Origin: an uncultured Bacteroides sp.
GTDB lineage: Bacteria > Bacteroidota > Bacteroidia > Bacteroidales > GCA-2748055
Direction: 5' to 3'
DNA length: 64,000 bases
Assembly: GCA_964604655.1 (NCBI GenBank)
Contig: CAZRZY010000007.1
Location: forward strand, 7,204 to 71,203
In this document: positions 16,507 through 27,369 of the stretch, piece by piece
Numbering within the stretch: the stretch's first letter is position 1
Layout of the letters: the number at the start of each line of letters is the position of its first letter
The notes under the pieces: model-generated
What the model saw: the letters and a program-made list of their open reading frames with translations, nothing else
The model's database searches: none
What the model was told of the DNA's origin: nothing
Translations under genes and position numbers: made by a program

Positions 16507-19194
16507 ATGAAGCACCGGATCCGGATCGTTGTTGAGTTTGTGGCAGCATTCATGCTGATCTCCCTGCTTCTCCTGGCTATCGCCGGAGTGGTAGTGGTCA
16601 AATTTTACGGGGAGGACCTGGAGTCGTTCGTTCTTGAACAGGTCAACAGGCGCCTGGAAAGCAGTGTCGACATCGGGGAAGTATCGGTGAAGGTCTTTCA
16701 CAAATTCCCCAATACCTCCATTGTCCTCAACGAAATCACCGTTTGGTCGAGCCACAATTTCCAAACGGGGGGATTCGGATCGCCGGGTGCCGATACGCTT
16801 CTGACCGCCGGATCGGTCAGTGTCAGTTTCAATCTCTTCAGTCTTATCAGAGGGAAATATATGATCCGTGAAGTGGATATCCGGGACGGCACCCTCCACC
16901 TCTACACCGATAGCCGCGGAGAAAGCAATTACCAGCTTCTCGGATCCAGGAAACGGACCGGAAAGCAGGATCCCTGGGTGAATCTGTCACAGTTACAGGT
17001 ACAGAATTTCCATATTCTGCTGCACAATCGATCCAAGGAACTGACATCATCCGGCCATCTTAGCAAGCTTCATCTGAATGGAAAGTTCTCCCGCAAACAT
17101 ACCCAGATCAGAGGATCTCTGGAGGGAAATCTGGATGAGATCACCAACAAGGGATTACGCTATGCCTCCAACCGGGAGGTGCGTTCCAGGATCAGCCTCA
17201 CGGTGGAGGATTCTCTGTACACTATCCGCTCCGGGCAGCTGCAGATCGACAGGATTTCAGCAGACATGGACGGCAGGTTTACCATCATTCCCGAACAGGG
17301 AGTGGAACTGGATCTCTATGCAGCAGCCAGGGAACTGGAGATACACGAGGTCCTGGACCTCCTGCCCAGTGAAATCAGCAGTCCGTTGCAGGGAATCCGC
17401 GGCAACGGCAACCTGCAGCTCTATGCCCGAATCACCGGAAGGGCAAATTCGACGCAAAATCCGAAGGTAAAGGCCGATTTCCGCACCTCCAACGCCAATC
17501 TATCCTGGGATCGGGTCCCTTTCCGTCTTCAGAGTCTCAACCTGGCAGGAAGCTATTCCAACGGGGGGGGGTTCAGTCCGGTTACCACCTCACTGCAGAT
17601 CCAGGAACTGAGTGCGGTGATCGGTGAGGATCACCTTTCGGGTCGCGGTTCTATCATGAACTTCTATGATCCCTCCTTTTCTTTCGAACTGGAAGGGGAA
17701 ATCCATCCGGGACAATGGATAGAATGGTACGATTCCATTCCTCTCAAAAATGCATCCGGCCAACTGGTCAGCGATTTGAAGGTCCATGGATCCTACAACC
17801 GGGATATGCCCAAAGGAAAAAGATTCCTTGCGCTGGATATTACGGGCGAAGTGAATCTGGAGGAGGTGGGACTGGAGATCTCCGACAGGACACTGCCCTT
17901 TTCGTCCATCAATGGTTCGCTGCTGATCGACAATGACTTCTGGGAACCAGATATTTCAGGTATTTACGGAGAGAACGAATTTACTTTTACCGGATCCGGC
18001 CTCCACCTTCTGTCTTATTTGCTTGGCCGTGAAAAAGAGCTGATTGCTTCGGTTCTCTTCACCTCCGGAAAACTCGATCTTCAGGAAATACTCGATGCGA
18101 TGCCAGGTTCCGGAGACAAGGACCGCAAAAAGCTCACATTTCCCGGCCAGCTGGACCTGAGGCTCGAATTCGTCATCGATGAACTCATCAAAGAACACTT
18201 CAACGCCGAAAATGTAAGGGGTGTAGCCGGCTACAAATCCCCGGTTCTGTCGGTCGACTCTCTGGTGATGCAGACCATGGAAGGCACATTGCGGGGCGGA
18301 TTCCAGTTGATGCAGGATCATTCGGGCATGATCACCACCCATGTAAATGCCCGGATGCATAACCTGGATATCCATGAACTATTCTATGCATTCAACAATT
18401 TCGGACAGAAGCAAATCACCCACGAGCACCTGAGGGGTACGCTCTCGGGGAGTTCGCTGTTTTCGGCCGAATTGGAATCCGATTTCTCGATGATCGCCCC
18501 ATCGATCCTCAGCGAGAATAGCCTGGTGATACAGGATGGAGAGCTCAACAATTTTTCCCCACTAAAGGCACTTTCAAGGTTCATAGAGGTCGGGGAGTTG
18601 CAGAATGTTCAGTTCGAAACGCTGGAGAATAATATCCTGATCCGGGAGAGTCAGGTAGTCATACCGGTCATGGAGATCCGGTCCAACGCCCTTGACCTTT
18701 CTGCCTCGGGTAATCATGGTTTTAACAACCATTACGATTACCGGCTGAAACTGCAACTCTCCGAACTCCTTTATAACGAAGCAAAAAGATCGAGAAACAG
18801 GGAGTTCGAAATAGCCCGGGATGAATCCGATACACGGACTTTGTTTCTCAAAATCTCCGATTCAGGTACCGGGTCCACCGTGGAAATTGACCATGAGAAG
18901 ACCGCTGCAAAGATACGGAATGATCTGAAGGATGAGGGGCGAGAACTCAAACAGGTGCTCCAGAAGGAATGGGGTCTCTTTAAGAAGGATACCCTTTTGG
19001 AAGAACAAGCCCGCCGCTCTGGTGAGGAGCCAGTATTTATGTTTGAATTCCAGGAAGATACTGCGGACAACCAGGTAAACACAGAAGAGGAGCCCCGGAC
19101 GAAAGGTCGTCGCCGGTGGCAGATGCGCTCAAAAAAGGATACCTTCGGGAATAAACCCGCAAAAGAATTCGTTATTGATGAAACCCCACAATAA
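16507..19194 (+). CDS. AsmA-family outer-membrane biogenesis protein
   Basis: It has an N-terminal TM anchor, then a long beta-rich periplasmic region and a basic C-terminal tail. The N-terminus resembles AsmA (..VDIGEVSVKVFHKFPNTSIVLNEITV). Confidence 0.75.
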   Translation: MKHRIRIVVEFVAAFMLISLLLLAIAGVVVVKFYGEDLESFVLEQVNRRLESSVDIGEVSVKVFHKFPNTSIVLNEITVWSSHNFQTGGFGSPGADTLLTAGSVSVSFNLFSLIRGKYMIREVDIRDGTLHLYTDSRGESNYQLLGSRKRTGKQDPWVNLSQLQVQNFHILLHNRSKELTSSGHLSKLHLNGKFSRKHTQIRGSLEGNLDEITNKGLRYASNREVRSRISLTVEDSLYTIRSGQLQIDRISADMDGRFTIIPEQGVELDLYAAARELEIHEVLDLLPSEISSPLQGIRGNGNLQLYARITGRANSTQNPKVKADFRTSNANLSWDRVPFRLQSLNLAGSYSNGGGFSPVTTSLQIQELSAVIGEDHLSGRGSIMNFYDPSFSFELEGEIHPGQWIEWYDSIPLKNASGQLVSDLKVHGSYNRDMPKGKRFLALDITGEVNLEEVGLEISDRTLPFSSINGSLLIDNDFWEPDISGIYGENEFTFTGSGLHLLSYLLGREKELIASVLFTSGKLDLQEILDAMPGSGDKDRKKLTFPGQLDLRLEFVIDELIKEHFNAENVRGVAGYKSPVLSVDSLVMQTMEGTLRGGFQLMQDHSGMITTHVNARMHNLDIHELFYAFNNFGQKQITHEHLRGTLSGSSLFSAELESDFSMIAPSILSENSLVIQDGELNNFSPLKALSRFIEVGELQNVQFETLENNILIRESQVVIPVMEIRSNALDLSASGNHGFNNHYDYRLKLQLSELLYNEAKRSRNREFEIARDESDTRTLFLKISDSGTGSTVEIDHEKTAAKIRNDLKDEGRELKQVLQKEWGLFKKDTLLEEQARRSGEEPVFMFEFQEDTADNQVNTEEEPRTKGRRRWQMRSKKDTFGNKPAKEFVIDETPQ
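17563..17571 (+). repeat. G9 homopolymer inside the AsmA-family CDS
   Basis: aac ggg ggg ggg ttc encodes NGGGF. This is the longest G/C run I noticed in the window. Confidence 0.9.
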
Positions 19195-19205
19195 ATCCTT
19201 CTGAA

Positions 19206-20351
19206 TTGGACATTTACAGGAAAAAACAGCGCTGGAAACTCATTCTATTTCTGGCTGCAGTACTGATTGGCGCAGGCTCGCTCTGGTACACCAATCTTCT
19301 GGTGGACCAAATTCAAGAAACCGAAAGGCAAAAGGTGGAATTATGGGCGGAGGCGATCCGCATGATGAATTCCGCCGATTTCGAAACAGATCTGGCATTT
19401 CCCTTCTCCGTCATCGAGAGCAATACCCATATCCCGGTCATACTGACCGATTCGGACGGAACCATCCTGAATCATAAAAACCTCGATTCGACACGTGTCG
19501 AGGACACCAGGTATCTTCAACGGCAGCTGAACCATGCACGGATGGAGAATGATTCACTGGTCATTAACCTGGGTGAAGATGAATTTCAGTATATCTTTTA
19601 CCGGGATTCCATCGTTCTCCGTAAGCTGATTCTATTTCCCTACGTGCAGCTGGGTGTGATCATTTTGTTCATCCTGGTATCCTACATTGCTTTCAGCGTC
19701 TCCCGCAAAGCAGAACAGAACGAGGTTTGGACCGGTATGTCCAAGGAGACCGCCCACCAGCTGGGGACCCCCATCTCCTCCCTGATGGGGTGGATGGAGT
19801 TGCTTAAAACCTCTTCCCTGGATCCCCATATGGTGATGGAGATGCGGAAAGATACCTCCAGGCTTGAAAAGATAACCGACCGGTTCTCCAAAATCGGGTC
19901 CAAACCCTCCCTGATGGAGGCCGATTTGATCCCCATCCTTCGGGAAAACCTGGAATATATGAAGAACAGGGGGCCTGAGAATATCGAATACCTCCTGGAT
20001 ATACCCGGCAGGCCTGTACGCACGAAACTCAACGCCACCCTTTTCGAGTGGGTGATCGAAAATCTCTGCAAAAACGCGACCGATGCCATTGAGGGGAGCG
20101 GAAGGGTGATCCTTCACGCCGTGGAGACCGAAAACAATGTGATCATCGATGTGGAAGATTCGGGGAAAGGAATTGCCAAATCCAGGTTCAGGACGATATT
20201 CAAACCCGGATACACGACCAAGAAAAGGGGATGGGGACTCGGATTATCACTTTCCAAAAGGATCATCGAATCGTACCATCATGGGAAAATCTTCGTCCTT
20301 TCCTCCGAACCTTACGATACCACGGTCATACGCATCAGCCTGCCCAAATAG
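19206..20351 (+). CDS. Sensor histidine kinase
   Basis: It has a TTG start, two TM helices, an H-box (ETAHQLGTPISSL) and HATPase N/G boxes (NLCKNATDA, DSGKGI, GWGLGLS). Confidence 0.85.
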   Translation: MDIYRKKQRWKLILFLAAVLIGAGSLWYTNLLVDQIQETERQKVELWAEAIRMMNSADFETDLAFPFSVIESNTHIPVILTDSDGTILNHKNLDSTRVEDTRYLQRQLNHARMENDSLVINLGEDEFQYIFYRDSIVLRKLILFPYVQLGVIILFILVSYIAFSVSRKAEQNEVWTGMSKETAHQLGTPISSLMGWMELLKTSSLDPHMVMEMRKDTSRLEKITDRFSKIGSKPSLMEADLIPILRENLEYMKNRGPENIEYLLDIPGRPVRTKLNATLFEWVIENLCKNATDAIEGSGRVILHAVETENNVIIDVEDSGKGIAKSRFRTIFKPGYTTKKRGWGLGLSLSKRIIESYHHGKIFVLSSEPYDTTVIRISLPK

Positions 20352-20383
20352 GAAAGCTCACAGGTATCATGGGAAACCCGGAG

Positions 20384-21631
20384 TTATCTGGGCACCAGCC
20401 TGTAGACTTTGTCAGACCGCCTGACCACCTCCTGCACCGGAAGGGAACACCGCTCCCCCTTTCGGGCAACCCGGCACGATTTTTCATCAACCCTTAATTC
20501 TGTCACCGTGGTCTCGATCACCCCGGTGGTGGGTCCGGTGATCAAAATCTGGTCCCCCTGGCTTAGCTGACCGCTTTCGACCAGCACTTCTGCCACACCG
20601 ATGCGATCATAATAGTTCGTGCCTTTCCCCACATAGATTTTTCGGAGTGTGGAAAGCGATCCGTGCTCTTCACTCCATTCCCCCAGCCTCTGACCCAGGT
20701 AGTAGCCGTCCCAGAATCCCCTGTTGAATACAGTCGACAGCCGCCGGTCCCATTCCCTTATTTTCCCGGTGTCAAAACTTCCCTCCAGCCAGGCCTGGAT
20801 GGCTTCGTTATAACAGGAGGCGACCGTCCTCACGTATTCAGCCGGCCTTGCACGTCCTTCGATCTTCAGTACAGTGACGCCGGCCTCCAGAATTCGATTC
20901 AGGAAATGGATCGTTTTCAGGTCCTTGGGTGACATGATATACTCATTGTCGATATCCAGTTCCACCTCCCGGTCCTTGTCGGTGACCGTATATCCCCTTC
21001 GGCATACCTGAAAGCAGTCTCCCCGGTTGGCGGAATGGTTGTGTTCATGCAGGCTGAGATAGCATTTCCCCGAAATAGCCATACAGAGTGCTCCGTGCAC
21101 AAAAAGCTCGATCCTGAAGGGGTTCCCGGACACTCCCTTTATCCCCTCCTTATCAATGGCCCTGCAGATCGATTCTACCTGTGACAGGTTCAGTTCTCTG
21201 GACAGTACGGCCACATCGGCCCAGCCTGCATAGAACTTCAGGGTTTCGGAGTTGCTGATATTGATCTGGGTAGATAAATGAACCCGTGCTCCCACACTCC
21301 GGCAATAATTCAATACTGCCTGGTCGGAAGCGATGATCGCATCCACCCCATGCTGCTGGGCCAGGTCCACGATATGCTTCATCTGGTCCAGCTCCTGTTC
21401 ATACATTACCGTATTAAGGGTCAGATAGGTCCTCATTCCCAGATCGGAAGCCCGGGCCACCATCCCCGGAAGGTCGCTTGATTTGAAATTGGCAGATGAG
21501 CGGGCCCGCATGTTTAAATGGTCGACCCCGAAATAGACGGCATCCGCCCCACCCTGAGCAGCAGCGGTTAACGCTTCTTCACTGCCGGCAGGCGCCAGTA
21601 ATTCGATATCACTTCTTTTCTTCTCCGACAT
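20384..21631 (-). CDS. U32-family protein with a four-Cys Fe-S motif (collagenase-like / RNA or quinone hydroxylase family)
   Basis: The ELLAPAG N-terminus is present, along with HGALCMAISGKCYLS...ANRGDCFQVCR and KIEGR. Confidence 0.88.
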   Translation of the reverse strand: MSEKKRSDIELLAPAGSEEALTAAAQGGADAVYFGVDHLNMRARSSANFKSSDLPGMVARASDLGMRTYLTLNTVMYEQELDQMKHIVDLAQQHGVDAIIASDQAVLNYCRSVGARVHLSTQINISNSETLKFYAGWADVAVLSRELNLSQVESICRAIDKEGIKGVSGNPFRIELFVHGALCMAISGKCYLSLHEHNHSANRGDCFQVCRRGYTVTDKDREVELDIDNEYIMSPKDLKTIHFLNRILEAGVTVLKIEGRARPAEYVRTVASCYNEAIQAWLEGSFDTGKIREWDRRLSTVFNRGFWDGYYLGQRLGEWSEEHGSLSTLRKIYVGKGTNYYDRIGVAEVLVESGQLSQGDQILITGPTTGVIETTVTELRVDEKSCRVARKGERCSLPVQEVVRRSDKVYRLVPR

Positions 21632-22640
21632 ACTTCTGCAAAAGTAGTGCGTTTTTTGCAGTGTCCACCTGATCGGAAGAGATCAGCTGATAACTGTGGT
21701 GATTCCATTCCAGCGAATGCAGGTAGCTCTTATCGTAGTAATGGAGCATGATCTGGGCAGCATGGTAAAAATCGCCACGGCCGATGGCCTCCATGGCCTC
21801 GGTGGTGCGGGCACCTCCCAGCCTCTTTTCAATCTTGCTCACACACGAGTTCAATTGATCTTTGTGGTGCACTGCGTAGTTACGGGTAAGATAAAGAGCC
21901 CTCTTCTCTCTGGGAATATCCAGAAAAAGCAGGGTCCCCTCCTTCATTTGAGTATACAACTCTATGGGCAACATGCACTTTCCGATATTCCTGCTTTCAT
22001 CTTCTATCCAGATCCTGCGATGCAGATCCAGCTGAATCAGCTGCGTCCCGATCAGATTCTCAAAATGCTCGGTAGAGGGTTGCGGATCCTCTCCCAGTCC
22101 ACCGAACGCGGACCCTTTGTGATTCGCCAGTCCTTCCAGGTCGATCACCTGTTCTCCAGAATCTTTTAGATAGTGAAGCAGTTCCGTTTTTCCGCTGCCC
22201 GTGCATCCGCCCACCACCTGCAGAGGCAGTGGGGCCCTGAACCTGGAACGCACCATCTGTCTGAAGCTTCGGTAACCGCCCTCCAGCAGATAACAGCGGA
22301 TCCCCACCAGCTCGTACAACCAGGCCATACTGCTGCTGCGCATCCCTCCCCTCCAGCAGTAAAGCAGGAGTGTATGACCGCTGCCGGCTGCTTTCAATCC
22401 CTCCCCGGCCAGCGAAGTCAGCTTATTCCCGGCGAACTCCAGTCCCCTGAAAATGGCTTCCTGCCGGTTCTCCTGCTTATAGGCAGTGCCTACCACACTT
22501 CTTTCCTCTTCATTAAAAAGGGGAATACTCAGTGCACCGGGAATATGTCCCTGCCTGAACTCGGAAAAGGTCCGGACATCAACGACCGGGTGACGGGCCG
22601 AGAGCGATAAGAACTTTTCTATGTGGATCACCTCAGCCAT
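21609..22640 (-). CDS. mnmH: tRNA 2-selenouridine synthase
   Basis: The rhodanese domain has the active-site motif CWRGGMRS and the P-loop is GGCTGSGKT. It is 343 aa and overlaps the U32 gene by 23 nt. Confidence 0.88.
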   Translation of the reverse strand: MAEVIHIEKFLSLSARHPVVDVRTFSEFRQGHIPGALSIPLFNEEERSVVGTAYKQENRQEAIFRGLEFAGNKLTSLAGEGLKAAGSGHTLLLYCWRGGMRSSSMAWLYELVGIRCYLLEGGYRSFRQMVRSRFRAPLPLQVVGGCTGSGKTELLHYLKDSGEQVIDLEGLANHKGSAFGGLGEDPQPSTEHFENLIGTQLIQLDLHRRIWIEDESRNIGKCMLPIELYTQMKEGTLLFLDIPREKRALYLTRNYAVHHKDQLNSCVSKIEKRLGGARTTEAMEAIGRGDFYHAAQIMLHYYDKSYLHSLEWNHHSYQLISSDQVDTAKNALLLQKYVGEEKK

Positions 22641-22657
22641 GGGACAGGTGCTTTCTT

Positions 22658-23425
22658 CTACCGTTCCAGGAAATTATTCAGCAGAGAACGGCTTTCCTTC
22701 CTTACATTCTTTCCATAGGGTGAAATGGCCTGAATCAATTTACGGATCGGCATGGATTGGAGCCAGACTGTGCCTGTTCCGCTGAGAGTGGCCAGGAAGA
22801 TCCCTTCTCCCCCGAATATCATGGACCGGAGACCACCGGTTGTTTCAATATTGAAATCGATCCCCGGTGTGTAGGCCACGATACATCCTGTATCGATCTT
22901 CAGGGTCTCGTTATTCAATCTTCGCTCGATGACCGTTCCGCCTGCATGCATGAACGCCTTGCCGTCACCTTCCAGCTTCTGAAGGATAAAACCCTCCCCT
23001 CCCACCAGTCCGCTTCCGAACCTCCGGTTCAAAGTAATGGATATCCGGGTGCCCAGTGCAGCGCAAAGGAATCCATCCTTCTGAACGATCAATTTCCCGC
23101 CCAGATGCCCCAGGTCCACCGGTATGATCTTTCCGGGATAGGGAGCCGCGAATGCCACCCGCTGTTTTCCGGGACCCTGGCTGGTGAAATGGGTCACGAA
23201 CAACGATTCCCCAGTCAGCACCCGGGTTCCTGCCGAAAGTAATTTACCCATCAATCCCTGATTCGGGGCCGACCCGTCTCCCATTTTTGTCTCAAACCGG
23301 ATACCGCTGTCCATATACATCATGCTTCCGGCCTCAGCGATAACCGTTTCATAGGAATCCAGTTCGATTTCCACCAGCTGGATGTCATCACCCAGTATCC
23401 TGTATTCAAGATCGTGTGATTGCAT
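22658..23425 (-). CDS. AIM24/TIGR00266 (DUF124) family protein
   Basis: The N-terminus [37 protein letters not shown] is characteristic. It is 255 aa. Confidence 0.82.
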   Translation of the reverse strand: MQSHDLEYRILGDDIQLVEIELDSYETVIAEAGSMMYMDSGIRFETKMGDGSAPNQGLMGKLLSAGTRVLTGESLFVTHFTSQGPGKQRVAFAAPYPGKIIPVDLGHLGGKLIVQKDGFLCAALGTRISITLNRRFGSGLVGGEGFILQKLEGDGKAFMHAGGTVIERRLNNETLKIDTGCIVAYTPGIDFNIETTGGLRSMIFGGEGIFLATLSGTGTVWLQSMPIRKLIQAISPYGKNVRKESRSLLNNFLER

Positions 23426-23429
23426 GGAC

Positions 23430-26297
23430 CTAAATATTGGTTGAAAAAAGTTTAATCAATAATTGCTTCATATTTTCCACCCTGGCCGGTTTCATCACAT
23501 AGTCGTTCATCCCAGCATCCAGAGCAGCCTTTCTCGTCTTCTCTTCCTCATCGGCCGACATGGCAATGATCGGAAAAGTATGTCCGGCCCTGCGGATCTG
23601 TTCAGTGGCCTGGTAACCGTCCGTTTCAGGCATCAACAGATCCATAAATACAATGTCGAATGGGCGCCTCTCCACCATTTCCACTGCTTCCTTGCCGTTT
23701 TTGGCGATTTCAATCTCATAGCCGATGTTTTTAAAGATCGATTGAGCCACCTTCTGATTGATCAGATTGTCCTCTGCAATCAGAATGGAAAGGTCGGAGG
23801 GAAGGGCGTTGATCAGGGGCTCCAGACTCTCCCGGTCTTCTACGCCAGGGAAATTCTCGGCCAGGATATCGAATACCTCTTTGGTCTCGAAGGGATCAAT
23901 CAGGTAGTAATCGATTCCCAGTTTCCGGCAGGTTTTGTAATTCCCTGTTTTATCATTGGAACTGATCAGGATGATCGGATAGTAGTCGGTCAGGTCCTTG
24001 TTCTGCATCTCCTGCGCCAGGGCAAATCCATCCAGCTGATTCTTATCGACCAGGACGATCAGCTGATAATTCTCCTTCTTCACCTGGAGGTGGTGGATCA
24101 CACTATCTACACTGCTGTCCTGATAGACTTTATTGGTCACGTCCAGACCAAATTTACCCAGCAGCCTGGCCATGGTATTCTTTGAAGGATCAGATTCTTT
24201 GGTCAGAATCAGCGCATGGATATCGCTTAGCCGGGTAATCTGGTTGAAATCATACTTCTTCGGGATCTTTTCGTTGGAATAGGCATCGATGGTGAAGCTG
24301 AATTTTGACCCGGGAAACTCCTCATCCTGAGAAATGGTGGACGGGCTCTCTACCCATATTTCTCCATGCATCAGTTCTACCAGCTGTTTGGCAATGGCTG
24401 TCCCCAGACCCGTACCGCCGAATTTTCGGGTTACCGATCCCCTCGCCTGGGTATAACTCCCGAAGATCTCCTTGATGCGATCCTGCGGAATTCCAATTCC
24501 TGTATCCTCCACCGTAAAGAGCAGATTGACCTGGCTCCTGTAAGATTCCATTAAGGCAGCCCCGATAACGATCTTTCCCTTCTCGGTGAATTTGACCGCA
24601 TTGCTGACGAGATTGGAAATTACCTGCCTCAGCCTGAATGGATCTCCGATCAGTTTGTTGGGAACATCCTTTTTCATATCGATCTCCAGCTCGAGCCCTT
24701 TCTCCTTTGCCAGCGGCCTGAACAATTCCCCCACCAGTTCCAGCTCCTCGGAGAGATGGAAAGGGATCTCCTCCAGCATCATTCTGCCGGCTTCAATCTT
24801 GGAGAAATCCAGGATGTCGTTGATAATGGTCATCAACAGATCTGCCGAACGCTTGATCACCTCGATCTTCCCATGGAGCTCTCCGTTGGTCTTCTTCTGT
24901 TCGAGCAGGCTGTTGACCATCCCCAGGATCCCGTTCATGGGGGTGCGGATTTCGTGGCTCATGGAGGCCAGAAAATCAGATTTAGCCCGGTTGGCTGCCA
25001 CCTCCCGCTTCCTTGACTTTTCCAGGGGGGAAACATCGATCAGCGCGATCAGTTTCAATTCTTCGCCTCCAATGCGGGTTACACGCTCGGTCCGGAAAAT
25101 CACCGTCTCGATCCCCTCCTTTTCATAGTAGAGATAGTGGGAATCGTCCATAAAGGGACTGGGGCCTTCACTGAGGAGGTACTTGTTGGAGATCAGGAAT
25201 TGCTTGTTGAAATCCTTTCCTACCAGGTTGTCCGACTTCCCCAGAAAGAGCATTTTCTGAGCAGTGCTGTTGATATTCCGGATAATATTCGTTTCATCGA
25301 TGATCATGATCCCCACCGGGAACTGCTCCAGGATCTGCCTGAGCACGATCTCCGATAGTTTCAGCCTTTTTTCTCTTCTCACATACCTGGAGAGTATGAC
25401 CAGCAGGTAGAGCACCAGGGCAGTGACCAGAATCTGGGAGAGAATAGCCACCTGAAGATTGCGGTTCACAAAGAAATTGAAGAATTGGCCGCGGTTTACC
25501 GAAAACATCACCCCGATGATCCTGGAATAGATGCTGAGCGGGTAGTAAGCCGTGTAGAGCCGTTCCCTTTTACCGTTCCCGTAAATACCCGTATGCTCCA
25601 CGATTCCGGACTGTTCTGCCGCCACACTGTCGCTGAGCACTTCCAGGCCTTCCATTCTGAATGAATCGGATGGAAAATTGTCTACAATGACCCTTCCGTC
25701 TGCTCCCAGGATCCATTGCCAGTTCACGGTCTTTCCCTGGGGGTAAAGCCGGAAAATCTCCTCGGCAAATTGTTGCATGTTCACCTCCACTACCACATTT
25801 CCGGTGACCATGTCATTACCGAAATAGGGGTAATAGTACTCCAGTGCACTTCCCTCCTGCTCTACCCGGTCACGGGGATAGAGGCGTTTTTGTATCCGCA
25901 TGGAGAAACTGTCCACCACGAAACGGTCCGACTTACGGAAATTATTTTCCGAATCGAGGTAAAGCGCATAGAAATTCTTCTTATTGTCGTAGACAGAGAT
26001 TTTCGTAATCAGATTTCTGTATTTGGTATAGAAAAGCCGAAGGCTCTGGCTAGCCACTTTGAATTTCTCAGGATCCCCGAAAATCTCCGCGTACTGATGC
26101 ATATTCAACTCATAGTTGATGTCACTGGCAAATTGTAGCAGGGTGGTTTCCAGATGTTCGCCGCAAAGCTGGGATTGTTCCAGCAAAGTTTCATTCAGAA
26201 AACCGGTATATCGCTTATGTATGCTGATAAGAGCGATCCCGTTCAGGGCGAGGATGACGAAAAGAATAACGCCTGATATTATGTTGCTCCTGATCAT
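23430..26297 (-). CDS. Hybrid sensor histidine kinase / response regulator
   Basis: It has a periplasmic sensor region between two TM helices and a PAS-like region. The HisKA motif is [14 protein letters not shown] and the HATPase motifs are DTGIGI and GGTGLG. A receiver-like domain is followed by a canonical receiver ([25 protein letters not shown]). Confidence 0.92.
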   Translation of the reverse strand: MIRSNIISGVILFVILALNGIALISIHKRYTGFLNETLLEQSQLCGEHLETTLLQFASDINYELNMHQYAEIFGDPEKFKVASQSLRLFYTKYRNLITKISVYDNKKNFYALYLDSENNFRKSDRFVVDSFSMRIQKRLYPRDRVEQEGSALEYYYPYFGNDMVTGNVVVEVNMQQFAEEIFRLYPQGKTVNWQWILGADGRVIVDNFPSDSFRMEGLEVLSDSVAAEQSGIVEHTGIYGNGKRERLYTAYYPLSIYSRIIGVMFSVNRGQFFNFFVNRNLQVAILSQILVTALVLYLLVILSRYVRREKRLKLSEIVLRQILEQFPVGIMIIDETNIIRNINSTAQKMLFLGKSDNLVGKDFNKQFLISNKYLLSEGPSPFMDDSHYLYYEKEGIETVIFRTERVTRIGGEELKLIALIDVSPLEKSRKREVAANRAKSDFLASMSHEIRTPMNGILGMVNSLLEQKKTNGELHGKIEVIKRSADLLMTIINDILDFSKIEAGRMMLEEIPFHLSEELELVGELFRPLAKEKGLELEIDMKKDVPNKLIGDPFRLRQVISNLVSNAVKFTEKGKIVIGAALMESYRSQVNLLFTVEDTGIGIPQDRIKEIFGSYTQARGSVTRKFGGTGLGTAIAKQLVELMHGEIWVESPSTISQDEEFPGSKFSFTIDAYSNEKIPKKYDFNQITRLSDIHALILTKESDPSKNTMARLLGKFGLDVTNKVYQDSSVDSVIHHLQVKKENYQLIVLVDKNQLDGFALAQEMQNKDLTDYYPIILISSNDKTGNYKTCRKLGIDYYLIDPFETKEVFDILAENFPGVEDRESLEPLINALPSDLSILIAEDNLINQKVAQSIFKNIGYEIEIAKNGKEAVEMVERRPFDIVFMDLLMPETDGYQATEQIRRAGHTFPIIAMSADEEEKTRKAALDAGMNDYVMKPARVENMKQLLIKLFSTNI

Positions 26298-26357
26298 CAG
26301 CGGGTCAGATTGTGGGTGTATAAACTTATAAACTATTTTCTATTCTGGAAAGTGACT

Positions 26358-27284
26358 CTACCGATATTTGGCCTCCTCCTCCTCCATCATGATCACATAG
26401 TTCAAATACCTCGATTCACTGATCTTTCCTTTCCTGACCGCCTCCTTTACGGCACAGTGCGGTTCATTCAGATGCAGACAGTTATGGTACCTGCACCCCT
26501 GGCTTTCTTCGAATATCTCCGGGAAAAAATGGAAGAGCTCCTCCCGTTCGATATCCACGGTGCCAAATCCCCTGATTCCCGGGGTGTCGATCAGGTCGAT
26601 TCCATGATCCAGTTCAAATAACTCAGAAAACGTAGTCGTATGAATTCCGCTCCGGTGGTAGTCAGAGACCTTCCCTATCTTCGGGCTGGCCGTCGGATCC
26701 AGTACTTTGATCAGGGTTGACTTGCCCACCCCCGAATTACCGGCAATCACATTGACCCTGCCGGCCATCTCCTTCCGGACCCGGTCTATCCCTTCCAGGG
26801 TCTCCAGTGAAAGCTTCATGCAGCCGTATCCGGCCCCGGTATAGATGGCCCAGCGATCCTCCATCGCTGCAATTTCGGCTTCACCATAAAGATCGATTTT
26901 ATTAAACAGCAGAATGACCGGGATCCTGTAAGCTTCTGCCGAAACCAGAAAACGGTCGATGAACGCACTCAGCGTATTTGGCTGAATGATCGTGACCATC
27001 AGCCATGCGATATCCACATTGGCAGCTATGATCTGGTATTCCCTGGAAAGATTGGAGGATTTCCGGATGATATAGTTGGTCCGTTCCTCAATGGCCGTGA
27101 TGATCCCGCTTCTGTCGTTATCCGACCACTCGAACTCCACATGATCACCTACCGCAACCGGGTTGGTGGCCCTGATACCCCGGGTCCTGAATTTTCCCCT
27201 GATGGTGCAAGACACGATCTCTTTTTCTTCCGTTCTGACGGTATAGCGACTGCCCGTGGACTTTATGACGGTACCTCTGTTCAA
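26358..27284 (-). CDS. rsgA: Ribosome small-subunit-dependent GTPase A
   Basis: It has an OB-fold N-terminus, the motifs NKIDL and GNSGVGKSTLI, and a C-terminal zinc knuckle (CRYHNCLHLNEPHCAV). Confidence 0.92.
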   Translation of the reverse strand: MNRGTVIKSTGSRYTVRTEEKEIVSCTIRGKFRTRGIRATNPVAVGDHVEFEWSDNDRSGIITAIEERTNYIIRKSSNLSREYQIIAANVDIAWLMVTIIQPNTLSAFIDRFLVSAEAYRIPVILLFNKIDLYGEAEIAAMEDRWAIYTGAGYGCMKLSLETLEGIDRVRKEMAGRVNVIAGNSGVGKSTLIKVLDPTASPKIGKVSDYHRSGIHTTTFSELFELDHGIDLIDTPGIRGFGTVDIEREELFHFFPEIFEESQGCRYHNCLHLNEPHCAVKEAVRKGKISESRYLNYVIMMEEEEAKYR

Positions 27285-27294
27285 GCACTGGTAA

Positions 27295-27332
27295 AAATAG
27301 ATAAAATAATACCGCCCCGGGAGAGGCGGTAT
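27295..27332 (-). terminator. Rho-independent terminator after the sigma/anti-sigma pair
   Basis: An 8-bp stem pairs ataccgcc (27309-27316) with ggcggtat (27325-27332). On the minus strand it is followed by the T-rich tail TATTTTATCTATTTTT. Confidence 0.55.
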
Positions 27333-27369
27333 CCTAAAACTACATCCTGTGAAAAAGGGTGAGGGCTAA

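Noticed and set aside
20384-22640. Selenocysteine recoding (in-frame TGA) in nearby genes, considered because mnmH is present.
   Set aside because: I saw no adjacent ORF pair that is split by a single TGA and would fuse into a known selenoprotein family. I did not attempt a SECIS-like hairpin search by eye.
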